Positions 45,601 through 55,788 of a DNA stretch of 64,000 nt are shown one piece after another. The stretch is from Rhodospirillaceae bacterium (lineage in GTDB: Bacteria > Pseudomonadota > Alphaproteobacteria > Rhodospirillales > Casp-alpha2). The stretch lies in contig JAYNIR010000016.1 in NCBI GenBank assembly GCA_038109305.1, positions 222-64,221 on the forward strand. The letters run 5' to 3'. A program made the position numbers and the translations under genes. Position 1 is the stretch's first letter. The number at the start of each line of letters is the position of its first letter. Under the pieces are notes generated by a model. The model searched no databases. It was not told the DNA's origin and saw nothing but the letters and a program-made list of their open reading frames with translations.

Positions 45601-46337
45601 GAAAGTGGCTCGTTCTCGCCGCGCAGGCGGGAAAAATTGCTGCCCGTGCCGGAGCCGTATTTGAATAGCCGCGCCTCACGGACCCATAAGTCCATGATGC
45701 CGCCTTCGTTCACCAGGTCGTCAGAGACGCTTTGGATGAAGCACGCGTGGGGCTGGGGGTGTTCGTAGGCCGATTCCGAGCGCATGACTTCGCCGGTCTT
45801 GAAATCCACGTAGTGGTGGCCTTGCGCCGGGCCGTCGATGCCGTAGGCCCAATGCAGGCCGGTGTTGAACCACTGCGGAGAATTGGGCGCGGCCATCTGC
45901 TTGGCCAGCATGTAGCGCATTTCGTCGAAGTACGCCTGGGCGTCTTCTTCCCGGTCGAAATAGCCGCCTTTCCAGCCCCAGTAGGTCCAGGTGCCGGCCA
46001 GCCGGTCAAACACCTGCTTGGCGCTGGTTTCACCGGAAAACCGCTTGCCCTTCGGCATTTTCTTCATCGCCGCTTCGTCGGGTAGGCTGCGCCACAGCCA
46101 CGACGGGACTGAATTCTCTTCCGCCTTGGCGAGCCGCTGCGGCACGCCGGCTTTGCGGAAATACTTCTGCGCCAAAACGTCGCAGGCGACCTGAGACCAG
46201 GCCTTCGGGACTTCAATATTCTTCTGACTGAATACGACCGAGCCGTCGGGATTGCGGATTTCGCTCGAAGCCGTCCGGAATTCGATATCCGCGTAGGGCG
46301 ATTTGTTTGCTTTTGTAAATTGCCGCTTGATCTGCAT
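42627..46337 (-). CDS. nrdJ: vitamin B12-dependent (class II) ribonucleotide reductase
   Basis: About 1236 aa from the internal ATG ([21 protein letters not shown]...). It contains ...[21 protein letters not shown]... and a C-terminal Cys-rich tail ...[31 protein letters not shown]. Confidence 0.95.
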   Translation of the reverse strand: MQIKRQFTKANKSPYADIEFRTASSEIRNPDGSVVFSQKNIEVPKAWSQVACDVLAQKYFRKAGVPQRLAKAEENSVPSWLWRSLPDEAAMKKMPKGKRFSGETSAKQVFDRLAGTWTYWGWKGGYFDREEDAQAYFDEMRYMLAKQMAAPNSPQWFNTGLHWAYGIDGPAQGHHYVDFKTGEVMRSESAYEHPQPHACFIQSVSDDLVNEGGIMDLWVREARLFKYGSGTGSNFSRLRGENEPLSGGGKSSGLMSFLKIGDRAAGAIKSGGTTRRAAKMVVVDVDHPDIENYVEWKVHEEQKVAALVAGSRLAQRHLCEIMAACSETIPEAGDDARFDAKRNPRLKRAIIECRRVMIPENYVQRVIHFAKQGYTEIEFPTYDTDWDSEAYVTVSGQNSNNSVRVDNKFINAVLDGGEWELISRTNGKVVKRLPARDLWEKIGYSAWACADPGLQYDTTINEWHTCPNSGRINASNPCSEYMFLDDTACNLASLNLITFDKGKGKFDLKGFEHAVRLWTITLEISVLMAQFPSKEIAQLSFEFRTLGLGYANIGGYLMNSGLSYDSDEGRAICAAITALMTGVCYATSAEMAAELGAFPRYEENADAMLRVIRNHRLAAHGKAKGYEGLEVLPVPLKAADCPDAALSKAAAKAWDDALTAGEAHGFRNAQTTVIAPTGTIGLVMDCDTTGIEPDFALVKFKKLAGGGYFKIINRMVPKALKGLGYTADEIEAIINYAVGRGTFAGASGINHESLKDRGFTDDLLAKLEENLSEAFDIKFVFNKWNLGEDFCRQGLGIPTEKLDDMTFDMLAYLGFSKREIDAANTYVCGAMTLEGAPGLKPEHLPVFDCANPCGKIGKRFLSVESHIRMMAAAQPFISGAISKTINMPNSATVAECNEAYMMSWRLGLKANALYRDGSKLSQPLQAALLDEADLVDGETLEEAIAEKPLAAQAEIVAERVVERIIERVQERRRPPDRRKGYIQKASVGGHKVYLHTGEYEDGRLAEIFVDMHKEGAAFRSLMNNFAIGISIGLQYGVPLEEYVEAFTFTRFEPSGMVTGNDTIKMATSILDYIFRELAVSYLSRNDLAHVEPADLMPDAVGDGADESDLPEDEQAVVMEAVVQQLTSRGYVRSKQLMVVQGGRGGGGEASGASIAAKSGNGSGNGGLHHHAAAKADAVMEIEPSVMEKTDNKLEQIREARMKGYEGDSCGDCGNFTLVRNGTCLKCVTCGATSGCS

Positions 46338-46752
46338 AGTAACCGGTTTCTCCCAATCTCTAGTAGGTCCCATAACCGTTCGCTGATTGCCCGAAAAGGG
46401 GTCCAGCGCTTCTTTGCCGTGGCGCGGAAGGCTCTTGCTTCCTTACAACATCATGTACATGCCCAGGGCCGAAGGACCCTAAATGTAGCGACGGGGTTTT
46501 GGGGCGGCAACCAGATAATTTCAATATTTTGCGATTTTGTGACAATAAAATACTTGATTTTGAGTAACGGAAGTAATTTCAAGGAATTATGACTTTCGAC
46601 ATAGGGGCGCCATCCATTCGTCGTTCGCCACGCTGTTCTCCCGGGGATTTTTGCCGGGACGTTTTCGCCGTCATGTCCGCGAGCCCGGATGGCTGGACGG
46701 ATATGCCCGCGGGTGCCATATTCGGCAAAGCTGAACAGCCGGACTTTATTTG

Positions 46753-47109
46753 ATGGACATCGGAACACTGCTTCACACTTGGATTCGAGGCCGCCTCGTC
46801 GGCACCGACGAATTCGGCAACCGCTACTACGAACAGCGCGGGGCGGAGCTCTATGGCCGTCAGCGCCGTTGGGTGTTGTACAAAGGTGGCAAGGAAGCAT
46901 CCAAGGTGCCGGCGGAATGGCACGCATGGCTTCATCACACCTCCGAAGCGCCGTTGACCGAAGGCGCCACCCAGGCAAGGCCCTGGCAGAAAGAGCACAA
47001 ACCGAACCTGACCGGCACGGCTGGCGCCTACCGGCCGGAGGGGCATGACTTCAAAGGTGGGGCGCGGGCGCCCGCCACCGGCGATTACGAAGCCTGGCGG
47101 CCTGAATAG
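46753..47109 (+). CDS. NADH:ubiquinone oxidoreductase subunit NDUFA12-like protein
   Basis: Starts MDIGTLLHTWIRGRLVGTDEFGNRYYEQ and contains ...RRWVLYKG...SKVPAEWHAWLHHT, the conserved NDUFA12 pattern. Confidence 0.85.
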   Translation: MDIGTLLHTWIRGRLVGTDEFGNRYYEQRGAELYGRQRRWVLYKGGKEASKVPAEWHAWLHHTSEAPLTEGATQARPWQKEHKPNLTGTAGAYRPEGHDFKGGARAPATGDYEAWRPE

Positions 47110-47185
47110 TCCGCCCGCCAAAACCCAGCCGCGGCCTCTCGGCGGCGGCATCTGGCAATCAGGTAAAAAAGAGAGAGCATCGACC

Positions 47186-47668
47186 ATGTCATCCGAATCG
47201 CAGGAACAATTGATCGGCGCGGCGACCTTGGCGCTTCTGGTTCTGCTGATGGTGTCTCTCAATCAATCGAGAGACATCGACGGCGCCGCGTCGGAAGGCG
47301 TGTTGGTGTCGGCGCTGTTTGGGCGGGTCGACGGTCTTGTTCCCGGCGACGACGTGCAGATGGGCGGCGTGCGGATCGGCACCGTCCAGGCGCAAACGCT
47401 CGATGCCGGATACCGGGCCGTGGTGACGCTGGCGCTTGATCCGGGCGCCGTGGTGCCAAGCGATTCCGCCGCGTCGATCCAGACCGACGGGCTTTTCGGC
47501 GGCAAATTCGTGGTGATCGAACCCGGCGCGTCCGAAAAATCGGTGAAAACCGGTGACCGAATCACCCGCACACAGGATGCCCAGGTTGTCGGCGACCTGC
47601 TGGATGCGATCATTTCCGAAGGCCGCGCCGCGCTGGCTCAGCGTCGGGCCGCCGGACAAAAGAAATAA
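47186..47668 (+). CDS. MlaD/MCE-domain protein (paralogue 1)
   Basis: An N-terminal transmembrane helix is followed by an MCE domain: ...FGRVDGLVPGDDVQMGGVRIGTVQAQTLD...VVTLALDPGAVVPSDSAASIQTDGLFGGKFVVIEPG. An internal ATG was chosen. Confidence 0.7.
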   Translation: MSSESQEQLIGAATLALLVLLMVSLNQSRDIDGAASEGVLVSALFGRVDGLVPGDDVQMGGVRIGTVQAQTLDAGYRAVVTLALDPGAVVPSDSAASIQTDGLFGGKFVVIEPGASEKSVKTGDRITRTQDAQVVGDLLDAIISEGRAALAQRRAAGQKK

Positions 47669-47691
47669 CCGGGATACGGAGGACAGGGCCC

Positions 47692-48141
47692 ATGGGACGC
47701 AATTCAGCCGAAGCTGTTCTCGGCGCTGTGGTGTTGATCGCCGCTGCCGGATTCCTGTTCATCGCAATCAATGTCGCGCAGGTGAAAACGGCAAAGGGGT
47801 ATAACGTCAGCGCCGCGTTTTTGAAGATCGGCGGCCTGAGCGCCGGCAGCGACGTGCGCATCAACGGCATCAAGATCGGCACCGTGACCGACCGGCGGCT
47901 CGACCCGCAGACCTTTGACGCCGTCGTCACCATGTCGATCCAGACGGATGTAAAACTGCCCAAGGATACGGTCGCGACCATCGGATCCGAAGGCATCCTC
48001 GGCGGCAAATACGTGCGGCTAAAGCCCGGCACGGACAAGGAATACCTCCCGGTCGGCGGCCGTATCGCTAAGACCGAGGACTTCAAGTCGCTTGAAGATC
48101 AGGTCGGCGAAATCATCTTCCTCGCCACCGGCGGCACCTGA
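47692..48141 (+). CDS. MlaD/MCE-domain protein (paralogue 2)
   Basis: Starts MGRNSAEAVLGAVVLIAAAGFLF and contains ...FLKIGGLSAGSDVRINGIKIGTVTDRRLD...VVTMSIQTDVKLPKDTVATIGSEGILGGKYVRLKPG. Confidence 0.8.
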   Translation: MGRNSAEAVLGAVVLIAAAGFLFIAINVAQVKTAKGYNVSAAFLKIGGLSAGSDVRINGIKIGTVTDRRLDPQTFDAVVTMSIQTDVKLPKDTVATIGSEGILGGKYVRLKPGTDKEYLPVGGRIAKTEDFKSLEDQVGEIIFLATGGT

Positions 48142-48146
48142 TCTGG

Positions 48147-48545
48147 ATGGTCCGTTTCCCGAGCCTTATATCCGCGGCCCTCATCGGTCTGGTGCTGACG
48201 GCAATCGCCGGCCCGGCCCGGGCCATTCCCATGAACCGGGTCGTCCTGCAGGGGCTCGACAAGGTGACGGCGCGGGTGACGACAATCCAGGCGGAAGTCG
48301 GCAAGGCGGTCCGGTTCGGAACGTTGGAAATCATCCCCCGGCAGTGCGACAAGCGCCCGCCTGAAGAAACGCCTGAAAGCGCCGCGTTTCTCGACATCTG
48401 GGAAATCCGCCCGGGCGAACCGGCGGTCAGCCTGTTTCGCGGCTGGATGTTCGCCTCAAGCCCGGCCCTGAACGCCTTGGAACATCCGGTCTACGATATC
48501 TGGGTCTTGGATTGTAATCCGGGCCCGGCGACGCCGCCGCGTTGA
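48147..48545 (+). CDS. DUF2155-domain secreted protein
   Basis: A signal peptide is followed by ...VVLQGLDKVTARVTTIQAEVGKAVRFGTLEIIPRQCDKRPPEETPESAAFLDIWE..., the DUF2155 pattern that is usually linked to NDUFA12-like and MlaD genes in alphaproteobacteria. Confidence 0.8.
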   Translation: MVRFPSLISAALIGLVLTAIAGPARAIPMNRVVLQGLDKVTARVTTIQAEVGKAVRFGTLEIIPRQCDKRPPEETPESAAFLDIWEIRPGEPAVSLFRGWMFASSPALNALEHPVYDIWVLDCNPGPATPPR

Positions 48546-48564
48546 CGCCGGTCCGCCGGCCGCC

Positions 48565-49227
48565 TCAAACGAAACCGTCAAATTCCCGTTCAAGGTCCGC
48601 CTTTGCCGGATTGACCGGAAACCGCGACTGATAATCCAACGCGGCCGCCAATTGCTTTTGATAGTCCCGGGCGAGGATTTCCCGGCAGCCGAATTGCTTC
48701 AGGTGCTCGGTGACGAATTGCGTGTCCAGCAGTCTGAACCCGCCGATTCGAAGCCGCGCGACAAGGTGCGCCAACGCGACCTTGCTGGCATCCGTCGCCC
48801 GGGAAAACATACTTTCGCCGAAGAACGCGCCGCGCAACGCGACGCCGTATAGCCCGCCGACCAGATAGCCGTCCTGCCAGGTTTCGATCGAGTGCGCGAA
48901 TCCGAGATGGTGAAGCTCCGTGACGGCGTCTTGGATGGGTTTGTTGATCCAGGTTTCGTCACGGCCGGGGCCGGTCTCGGCACAGGACTTCAAGACCTGC
49001 TCGAACGCCGAATTCGCGCGCACGATGAACGGTGGATTACGAAGCGTTTTGCGAAATTTTTTCGGCAGGTGAAAGCCGTCGAGCGGGATAACGCCGCGTT
49101 TTTTAGGGTCGACCCAGAAGACCTGCGGGTCGTCGCGGCTTTCGGCCATCGGGAATATGCCGGCAGCATATGCCCGCAGCAGCAGTTCGGCCGGCAGACT
49201 TTCCTGGGTTTGATAACGGCGGCTCAT
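48565..49227 (-). CDS. aat: leucyl/phenylalanyl-tRNA--protein transferase
   Basis: Contains ...LLRAYAAGIFPMAES...VFWVDPKKRGVIPLDGFHLPK... and ...GGLYGVALRGAFFGESMFS.... Confidence 0.9.
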   Translation of the reverse strand: MSRRYQTQESLPAELLLRAYAAGIFPMAESRDDPQVFWVDPKKRGVIPLDGFHLPKKFRKTLRNPPFIVRANSAFEQVLKSCAETGPGRDETWINKPIQDAVTELHHLGFAHSIETWQDGYLVGGLYGVALRGAFFGESMFSRATDASKVALAHLVARLRIGGFRLLDTQFVTEHLKQFGCREILARDYQKQLAAALDYQSRFPVNPAKADLEREFDGFV

Positions 49228-49279
49228 GATGGCCGATCATCGCCGAAAACGCCCCTGAAGGCAAAGCCGGACGCGGGGC

Positions 49280-50629
49280 TTAATCCCCCTTGCCGGCGGC
49301 GACCAGGGCCTCCAGCCAATGGATATCGTAGTCGCCGTCGACGAAGCCTTTTTCCTCGATAATCCGCTGTTGCAGGGGGATATTAGTCGTGATGCCGTCG
49401 ATCACGAATTCCTGCAACGTCCGGCGAAGCCGCATCAGGCATTCGTTGCGGGTGGCCCCGTGGACGATCAATTTGGCGATCATGCTGTCGTAATGCGGCG
49501 GCACTGTGTAGCCGGAATACAACGCGGAATCGACCCGAACGCCGAGCCCGCCGGGGGCATGGTAAATCCCCACCTTGCCGGGCGACGGCATAAACGTTAC
49601 CGGGTCTTCGGCATTGATCCGGCATTCGATCGCGTGGCCGCGCAGTTTAATGTCTTCCTGGGTGACGCTCAGCTTCGCGCCCTGGGCAACGCGGATCATT
49701 TCTCGCACCAAATCGATTCCGGTTATGCCTTCGGTCACCGGATGTTCGACCTGCAGGCGCGTGTTCATTTCGATGAAATAGAACTCGCCGTCTTCATAAA
49801 GGTATTCGACCGTGCCGGCGCTCCGGTATCTCAGTTTCTTAATCGCGTCGACCGTCACCCGGCCGATCTTTTCGCGCTGTTCACCGTTAAGGGCGGGTGA
49901 GGGCGCTTCCTCTAACACCTTCTGATGGCGGCGCTGCAGGGAACAATCGCGTTCGCCCAGGTGGACGACGTTGCCGAGCCCGTCGGCCATGATCTGAATT
50001 TCGATGTGCCGCGGTTTGCCGAGGAATTTTTCGACATAGACAGATCCGTCGCCGAAAGCGGCGGAGGCCTCGGCCTGCGCGGTCTTCAGCGCGGTCGCAA
50101 GCTCGTCGATCTTGCGCACCACTTTCATGCCGCGCCCGCCGCCGCCTGCGGCGGCCTTGACGATCACCGGCAAGCCGATGTCCCTGGCGACGGCCATCGC
50201 TTCGTCGGGGTCGGTCACGGCGCCATCCGATCCCGGAACGACGGGGATGCCGGCTTCACGGGCGGCCTTCTTTGCGGCCACCTTATCACCCATCAGGCGG
50301 ATGTGGTCGGCGCTCGGCCCGATGAACGAAAACCCGTGTTCTTCGACCATTTCCGCAAAGTCGGCGTTTTCCGACAAAAAGCCGTATCCCGGATGGATGG
50401 CGTCGGCGTCCGAAATGGCGGCGGCAGTCAGCACGGCCTGTGTGCTCAGGTAACTCTGCTTGGCGGGCGGCGGGCCGATGCAAACGCTTTCATCGGCAAG
50501 GCGCACGTGCATGGCGTCCGTGTCGGCGGTGGAATGCACCGCGACGGTCGCAATCCCCATTTCACGGCACGCCCGGAGGATTCGCAGCGCGATTTCGCCC
50601 CGGTTGGCGATGAGAACCTTCTCAAACAA
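49280..50629 (-). CDS. accC: acetyl-CoA carboxylase biotin carboxylase subunit
   Basis: 449 aa starting [26 protein letters not shown]... with ATP-grasp motifs. Confidence 0.95.
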   Translation of the reverse strand: MFEKVLIANRGEIALRILRACREMGIATVAVHSTADTDAMHVRLADESVCIGPPPAKQSYLSTQAVLTAAAISDADAIHPGYGFLSENADFAEMVEEHGFSFIGPSADHIRLMGDKVAAKKAAREAGIPVVPGSDGAVTDPDEAMAVARDIGLPVIVKAAAGGGGRGMKVVRKIDELATALKTAQAEASAAFGDGSVYVEKFLGKPRHIEIQIMADGLGNVVHLGERDCSLQRRHQKVLEEAPSPALNGEQREKIGRVTVDAIKKLRYRSAGTVEYLYEDGEFYFIEMNTRLQVEHPVTEGITGIDLVREMIRVAQGAKLSVTQEDIKLRGHAIECRINAEDPVTFMPSPGKVGIYHAPGGLGVRVDSALYSGYTVPPHYDSMIAKLIVHGATRNECLMRLRRTLQEFVIDGITTNIPLQQRIIEEKGFVDGDYDIHWLEALVAAGKGD

Positions 50630-50641
50630 CCGCCCGGGCTC

Positions 50642-51097
50642 CTATTCGAGAACGAACATGGGCTCACCGAATTCCACCGGCGTACCGCTGGTAACCAGGA
50701 CCTTCTTCACCTTGCCGGCGCGCGGCGCGTTGATCTGGTTGAACACCTTCATGGCTTCGACCAGCGCCAAGGTCTGGCCCTCCTTCACGTCGTCGCCTTC
50801 GGAAACGAAATTCGGGCTGTCCGGGTCGGGAGACAGATAGACGACGCCGACCATTGGCGACGTCACCGCGCCGGCAAGATCGATGGCTTCGGGCGCGGGC
50901 GAGGGAGTGCCGGCGGCGGGCGCCGCATGCACTGCTATCGGGGCCTGGACGACCGCCGTCCCGCCGCCCTTGGCGACGCGGATGCTCCAATCGTCGGTTT
51001 CGTATTCGATTTCGGTCAGTCCGGTTTCGTTCAGAAGGTCCGCGAGTTTGCGCACCGCATCCGTGTTGATGTCCGATGCCTTGGGAGATTTCGCCAT
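50642..51097 (-). CDS. accB: acetyl-CoA carboxylase biotin carboxyl carrier protein
   Basis: 151 aa with the biotinyl-lysine motif LVEAMKVFNQI near the C-terminus. Confidence 0.9.
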   Translation of the reverse strand: MAKSPKASDINTDAVRKLADLLNETGLTEIEYETDDWSIRVAKGGGTAVVQAPIAVHAAPAAGTPSPAPEAIDLAGAVTSPMVGVVYLSPDPDSPNFVSEGDDVKEGQTLALVEAMKVFNQINAPRAGKVKKVLVTSGTPVEFGEPMFVLE

Positions 51098-51139
51098 GAT
51101 CTTTCGTCCGCTCCCGTCTTTATCGTTTGGCCGGGGTTG

Positions 51140-51586
51140 TTACCCGGCGGTTTTCAGGCGTTTCGCCAACGCCTCAAGCGCCAATTCGTATCCCTGTCCG
51201 CCGAGGCCACAGATCATCCCGTCCGCCGCCTTGGAGACATAGGAATGATGGCGGAATTCCTCGCGCCTGTGAATATTGGACAGGTGCACTTCAATAATCG
51301 GCAGGTCGATTGCGCTGAGCGCGTCCAGCAACGCCACCGAGGTATGGGTATAAGCGCCGGCGTTGATGATCAGCCCGGCGTGGGATTTGGGCGCTTCCTG
51401 GATCCAGGTGACCAGGACGCCTTCGTCGTTGGATTGACGGAATTCCGCGGTAAAGCCGAGCTCCTGCGCTCGCGCCCGGCAGGCGTGCTCGATGGTCTGC
51501 AGGGTTTCGCGGCCGTAAATATCCGGCTCCCGCGTGCCGAGCAGGTTCAGGTTCGGGCCGTTCAGGACGAGAATGCTCTGTGTCAT
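51140..51586 (-). CDS. aroQ: type II 3-dehydroquinate dehydratase
   Basis: 148 aa starting [21 protein letters not shown] and containing ...[14 protein letters not shown].... It is part of the conserved aroQ-accB-accC arrangement. Confidence 0.9.
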   Translation of the reverse strand: MTQSILVLNGPNLNLLGTREPDIYGRETLQTIEHACRARAQELGFTAEFRQSNDEGVLVTWIQEAPKSHAGLIINAGAYTHTSVALLDALSAIDLPIIEVHLSNIHRREEFRHHSYVSKAADGMICGLGGQGYELALEALAKRLKTAG

Positions 51587-51743
51587 TGGAATTACGGCAG
51601 TTGGACCTTGGTGAAACGGGCTTCGCGGCTTATACCATCCGCTTTTGGCGGAAGAAACACCCTGTAAGGTGTGCGCCGGGCGTTGAAAGCCGCCTCACGC
51701 GGCCCCATAATTCAGTTAAGCTTTGGTTCCAGGGAATAATTTC

Positions 51744-52739
51744 ATGCAAATCCAGATCAATGGCGAAAGCCGCGAACTCGACACCCCCATGTCGGTCCAC
51801 GACCTGCTACTGCGAATCGGCCTGGACCCGGCCAAAGTTGCCGTCGAGCGGAACCTCGAAATCGTGCCGAAATCCGGCTACGGACAGACCGGGCTTGAGG
51901 AAGGCGACAAGCTCGAGATCGTGCATTTCATCGGCGGCGGCGCGCCCGATGCGGCACCGTCCGGAGACGACGAGGACCTTCTGGAAGTCGCCGGCCGCAA
52001 GTTCCGCTCGCGGCTGATCATCGGAACCGGCAAATACAAGGATTATGACCTCAACCGTCAAGCCGCCGAGGCGGCGGAATCGGAAATGATCACCGTCGCG
52101 GTCCGGCGGGTGAACCTGACCGACCCGAACCAGCCGCTGCTGGTCGACTATCTTGACCCCAAAAAATATACCTACCTGCCCAACACGGCCGGGTGCTTCG
52201 CCACTGAAGACGCGGTCCGGACGCTGCGCTTGGCGCGCGAAGCCGGCGGCTGGGATTTGGTCAAACTGGAAATCCTGGGCGAACAGCGCACGCTTTATCC
52301 GATGATGCCGGAAACCATCGAAGCCACCCGGACGCTCACGGAAGAGGGCTTCCGGGTCATGGCCTATTGCTCGGATGATCCGATCCTCTGCAAACGGGTG
52401 GAGGAAGCAGGCGCCGTTTCCATCATGCCGCTGGGCGCGCCCATCGGCTCGGGCCTTGGTATCCAGAACCCGGTCAACATCCGCCTGATCAAGGAACAAA
52501 GCGAGGTTCCCGTCATCGTCGATGCCGGCGTCGGCACGGCGTCGGATGCGGCGATCGCCATGGAACTCGGCTGCGACGGCGTTCTGATGAATACCGCCAT
52601 CGCCGAGGCGGGAGACCCGGTCAAAATGGCGCGAGCGATGAAACATGCGGTCAGGGCCGGGCGGCTTGCGTACCTTGCGGGGCGCATGCCCAAGAAGAAG
52701 TACGCCGACGCTTCGTCGCCGCTGCACGGATTGATTTAA
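51744..52739 (+). CDS. thiG: ThiS-ThiG fusion (sulfur-carrier domain fused in frame to thiazole synthase)
   Basis: [42 protein letters not shown]...[13 protein letters not shown] is a complete ThiS ending in GG. A linker [16 protein letters not shown] follows. Then comes ThiG: [16 protein letters not shown]...LPNTAGC...[15 protein letters not shown].... There is no stop codon between the two parts. Confidence 0.85.
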   Translation: MQIQINGESRELDTPMSVHDLLLRIGLDPAKVAVERNLEIVPKSGYGQTGLEEGDKLEIVHFIGGGAPDAAPSGDDEDLLEVAGRKFRSRLIIGTGKYKDYDLNRQAAEAAESEMITVAVRRVNLTDPNQPLLVDYLDPKKYTYLPNTAGCFATEDAVRTLRLAREAGGWDLVKLEILGEQRTLYPMMPETIEATRTLTEEGFRVMAYCSDDPILCKRVEEAGAVSIMPLGAPIGSGLGIQNPVNIRLIKEQSEVPVIVDAGVGTASDAAIAMELGCDGVLMNTAIAEAGDPVKMARAMKHAVRAGRLAYLAGRMPKKKYADASSPLHGLI

Positions 52740-52784
52740 GGGATCCCGATTTATTCCGCCCGGCCGGGCCAGTCTTCTGCGAAA

Positions 52785-54290
52785 TCAGTTTTTCAAAAAC
52801 GCCGGGACGTGGTCGCCCAAGCCGACGACTTTGCTATTGCCGCGCTCGCCATCATCGTCTTTTCTGCGCCGATCATTGCGGCCCCGGTCGCCGCCCGAGC
52901 GATTGTCGCGGGCGTCATCTCTTTTCACGGGCTTGGCCTGCGGTTCCTTCGGCCCCGGTTTGTCCTTTTGTTCCTCAACAGGGGCCTCGGCCTTAGCGGG
53001 CTGTGCCTCTACCTTGGATTCAGGCTGCTTGCCTTTATGCCGTTCGTCGCCGCGGCGCACGCGGCGGCTTCCGCCACGGCGGCGCGAACGGCCGCGGTCA
53101 GCGTTTTCTTCCTCGTCATCGTCCGCCGTTGGAGGGGTCTTGCCGCCGCCCCAGTCAATCCGCGGGATCGGCTTGCCGGTCAGTTTTTCTATCGCGTCGA
53201 TATACTTACCGTCGCCGGGAACGGCGATGGACAGGGCCGTGCCCTTGAGGCCCGCGCGCCCCGTCCGGCCGATGCGGTGGACGTAGTCGTCGGGGTGCGT
53301 CGGCACATCAAAATTGAACACGTGGCTCATTGCCGGAATGTCGAGACCGCGCGCAGCGACGTCCGAGCAGACGAGCAGGGTCACCTCATTCCGTTTGAAC
53401 TTATCCAAAGTCTCCATGCGTACCGACTGGACCATGTCGCCGTGCAACCGGGCCGAATGCTTATATCCATGACGTTCAAGCGATCGGTAGACGATATCGA
53501 CATCGCGTTTGCGGTTGCAGAAGATGATGGCGTTCTTGGGATTTTCCCGGTCGATCAGCCGGCGCAGGGCTTCTCGCTTGCGCTTTGCGATGGACGTCTG
53601 ATCGCGGCCGGCGCCGGTGACCATCAACAGGCCTTGGGTGATTGTCTCCGCCGCGGTCGCCGGGCGGGAAACCGTGATTGCCTTCGGGTTCATTAGGAAC
53701 TTGTCGGCGAGCCGCTTGATTTCCGGCGGCATGGTCGCGGAGAAGAAAAGGGTCGTCCGGATGGACGGCAACAGGCTGACGATTTTTTCGACATCGGGAA
53801 TAAAGCCCATGTCGAGCATCCGGTCGGCTTCGTCGATGACCAGGATTTTGACGTCGCGGAGCAACAGGTGGCCGCGTTCGAACACGTCCAGAAGCCGCCC
53901 CGGCGTGGCGATCAGGACGTCGACGCCCTTTTCCAGACGGTCGACCTGCGGGCCCATGTTTTCGCCGCCGATCAAAAGTGCGTGGGTCAGTTTGTGATAC
54001 TTGCCGTAGGTCTTGAAGTTGTCGGCAACCTGGGCGGCGAGCTCGCGGGTCGGTTCCAGGATCAGCGACCGCGGCATCCGCGCCTTGGCCGTGCCGGACG
54101 CCAGGATATCGATCATCGGCAGGGTGAAGGACGCGGTCTTGCCCGTGCCGGTCTGGGCGCAGCCCAGGATGTCCCGTCCCATGAGGACGTAGGGAATCGC
54201 CTGCGCCTGGATCGGGGTGGGTGTGTCGTAGCCCGCGTCCACTACGGCGCGTAACAGTTCGTCGCTTAGACCAAGATCAGTGAAGGACAA
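52785..54290 (-). CDS. rhlE: DEAD-box ATP-dependent RNA helicase (RhlE-like) with basic C-terminal tail
   Basis: Contains the Q motif and Walker A (AQTGTGKTASF), DEAD (VIDEADRM), SAT and HRIGRTGRAG. I propose a TTG start at 54290 (LSFTDLGL...) with GGAG 5 nt upstream. The track ORF extends to 54395. Confidence 0.8.
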   Translation of the reverse strand: MSFTDLGLSDELLRAVVDAGYDTPTPIQAQAIPYVLMGRDILGCAQTGTGKTASFTLPMIDILASGTAKARMPRSLILEPTRELAAQVADNFKTYGKYHKLTHALLIGGENMGPQVDRLEKGVDVLIATPGRLLDVFERGHLLLRDVKILVIDEADRMLDMGFIPDVEKIVSLLPSIRTTLFFSATMPPEIKRLADKFLMNPKAITVSRPATAAETITQGLLMVTGAGRDQTSIAKRKREALRRLIDRENPKNAIIFCNRKRDVDIVYRSLERHGYKHSARLHGDMVQSVRMETLDKFKRNEVTLLVCSDVAARGLDIPAMSHVFNFDVPTHPDDYVHRIGRTGRAGLKGTALSIAVPGDGKYIDAIEKLTGKPIPRIDWGGGKTPPTADDDEEENADRGRSRRRGGSRRVRRGDERHKGKQPESKVEAQPAKAEAPVEEQKDKPGPKEPQAKPVKRDDARDNRSGGDRGRNDRRRKDDDGERGNSKVVGLGDHVPAFLKN

Positions 54291-54455
54291 GTTCGCTCCG
54301 CTTCGGGAGTTGCTCCCGCGGCGGGGAGGGTTATCGTTTCCGGGTTTTCTTAAGCCGGGTGGCCGGGATATTAGGTGTTCCGGGCCCGGAGTCAATGACC
54401 GGACTTCGGTTTCGGTGTAAACTGAAACGATCCGAATTTACCAGGAAGATGCGCC

Positions 54456-55157
54456 ATGACCGAGAAGACGCCGCTTTTGCTGCTGCCGGGGCTGCTCTGC
54501 GACCGGGCCCTTTGGGGCCATCAGCTGGATACTCTCACCGATCTGGCCGAGATGACCGTCGGCGACATGACGTTGGACGATACGGTGGACGGCATGGCGG
54601 TACGCAACATTGCGCGGATGCCGGATAAATTCGCCCTTGCTGGGCTGTCCATGGGCGGCTATTCGGCCCAGGCGGTGATGCGGTTGGCGCCCGAGCGGGT
54701 GACCAAACTGGCGCTTTTGGACACTAGCGCCCGGTCCGATACCCCTGATCGGATCCAGGGACGCCGCGATCTGATCGCCCGCGCCGCCGCCGGCGAATTT
54801 AAGGAAGTGGTCGAAAGACATTTGCCCGTCTATCTGCCGCCGGAACGGCTAACGGAAGAGCCTTTGGTCAACGCCGTCCGGCAATCGGCGTACATCGTCG
54901 GCGAAGCAGCATACCAGCGCCAGCAGACGGCCCTGATCAACCGGCCGGACAACCGGACAAACCTGTCGGCCATCGGCTGCCCGACATTGGTCCTGTGCGG
55001 CCGCCAAGACCGGGCGACGACCTTGGAAATGCATGAAGAAATGGCCACTGAAATCCCCAACGCGGCGCTGGTGGTGATTGAGGATTGCGCTCATCTGTCG
55101 CCGCTGGAACAACCGCACGCGGTGTCCGCCGCCATGCGTTATTGGCTTAATATTTAG
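54456..55157 (+). CDS. alpha/beta hydrolase fold protein
   Basis: 233 aa containing ...PLLLLPGLLCD..., the nucleophile elbow GLSMGG and a C-terminal ...DCAHLSPLEQP. Confidence 0.8.
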   Translation: MTEKTPLLLLPGLLCDRALWGHQLDTLTDLAEMTVGDMTLDDTVDGMAVRNIARMPDKFALAGLSMGGYSAQAVMRLAPERVTKLALLDTSARSDTPDRIQGRRDLIARAAAGEFKEVVERHLPVYLPPERLTEEPLVNAVRQSAYIVGEAAYQRQQTALINRPDNRTNLSAIGCPTLVLCGRQDRATTLEMHEEMATEIPNAALVVIEDCAHLSPLEQPHAVSAAMRYWLNI

Positions 55158-55201
55158 TTCTAAATCAATGCATAAAATTATTTTATTTAGAGGATAAATG
55201 A

Positions 55202-55783
55202 ATGGAAATCGTTCGCGAGCCAGGGGGTGTGACCCTGCCCCTCAGAGGCCACCAGCCGCACGCCCAGCAGTCCGCCTTTATCGCCGAAAACGCCATCCTG
55301 ATCGGTGACGTTCAGATCGGCGAGCGGTCCAGCATCTGGTATTCGTGCGTGCTGCGCGCGGACCTGAACGCAATCCGCATCGGCGCCGACACCAACATCC
55401 AGGACGGCACCATCATCCACGTCGATTCACGGCAGTATTCAACCCACATCGGCGACCGGGTGACGGTCGGTCACATGGCGTTGCTGCATGCCTGCACCCT
55501 GCAGGACGACTGCATGGTCGGCATGCGGGCGACGGTCATGGACGGCGCGCTGGTGGAAACCGGCGCCATGGTCGCGGCCGGCGCCCTGGTAACGCCCGGC
55601 AAACAGGTGCCTTCGGGCGAAGTCTGGGCAGGGTCCCCGGCCAAGTTCATGCGCGCCTTTGACGCCTCGGACGCTGACATGCTGACTTATATCTGGGAGG
55701 AATACCGGGACCTCGGCGTCGAATATACCCGAGCTGGATCGGACCTGCGCCGGTTCTCCCGCACGAAATTCCAGACGGACTGA
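55202..55783 (+). CDS. gamma-class carbonic anhydrase-like (left-handed beta-helix) protein
   Basis: 193 aa containing ...IGDVQIGERSSIWYSCVLRADLNAIRIGADTNIQDGTIIH... with hexapeptide repeats. Confidence 0.85.
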   Translation: MEIVREPGGVTLPLRGHQPHAQQSAFIAENAILIGDVQIGERSSIWYSCVLRADLNAIRIGADTNIQDGTIIHVDSRQYSTHIGDRVTVGHMALLHACTLQDDCMVGMRATVMDGALVETGAMVAAGALVTPGKQVPSGEVWAGSPAKFMRAFDASDADMLTYIWEEYRDLGVEYTRAGSDLRRFSRTKFQTD

Positions 55784-55788
55784 CCCAC

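Noticed and set aside
46338-46752. A cobalamin riboswitch or NrdR boxes in the long, partly AT-rich region upstream of nrdJ.
   Set aside because: I could find no B12-box-like motif. Only a short AATATT core is present rather than a pair of 16-bp NrdR palindromes. A cmscan or motif search is needed before making any claim.
51587-51743. A TPP riboswitch upstream of the thiS-thiG fusion.
   Set aside because: The conserved CUGAGA and ACCUGAUCUGGAUAAUGCCAGCG-type elements are not present in the 157-nt leader.
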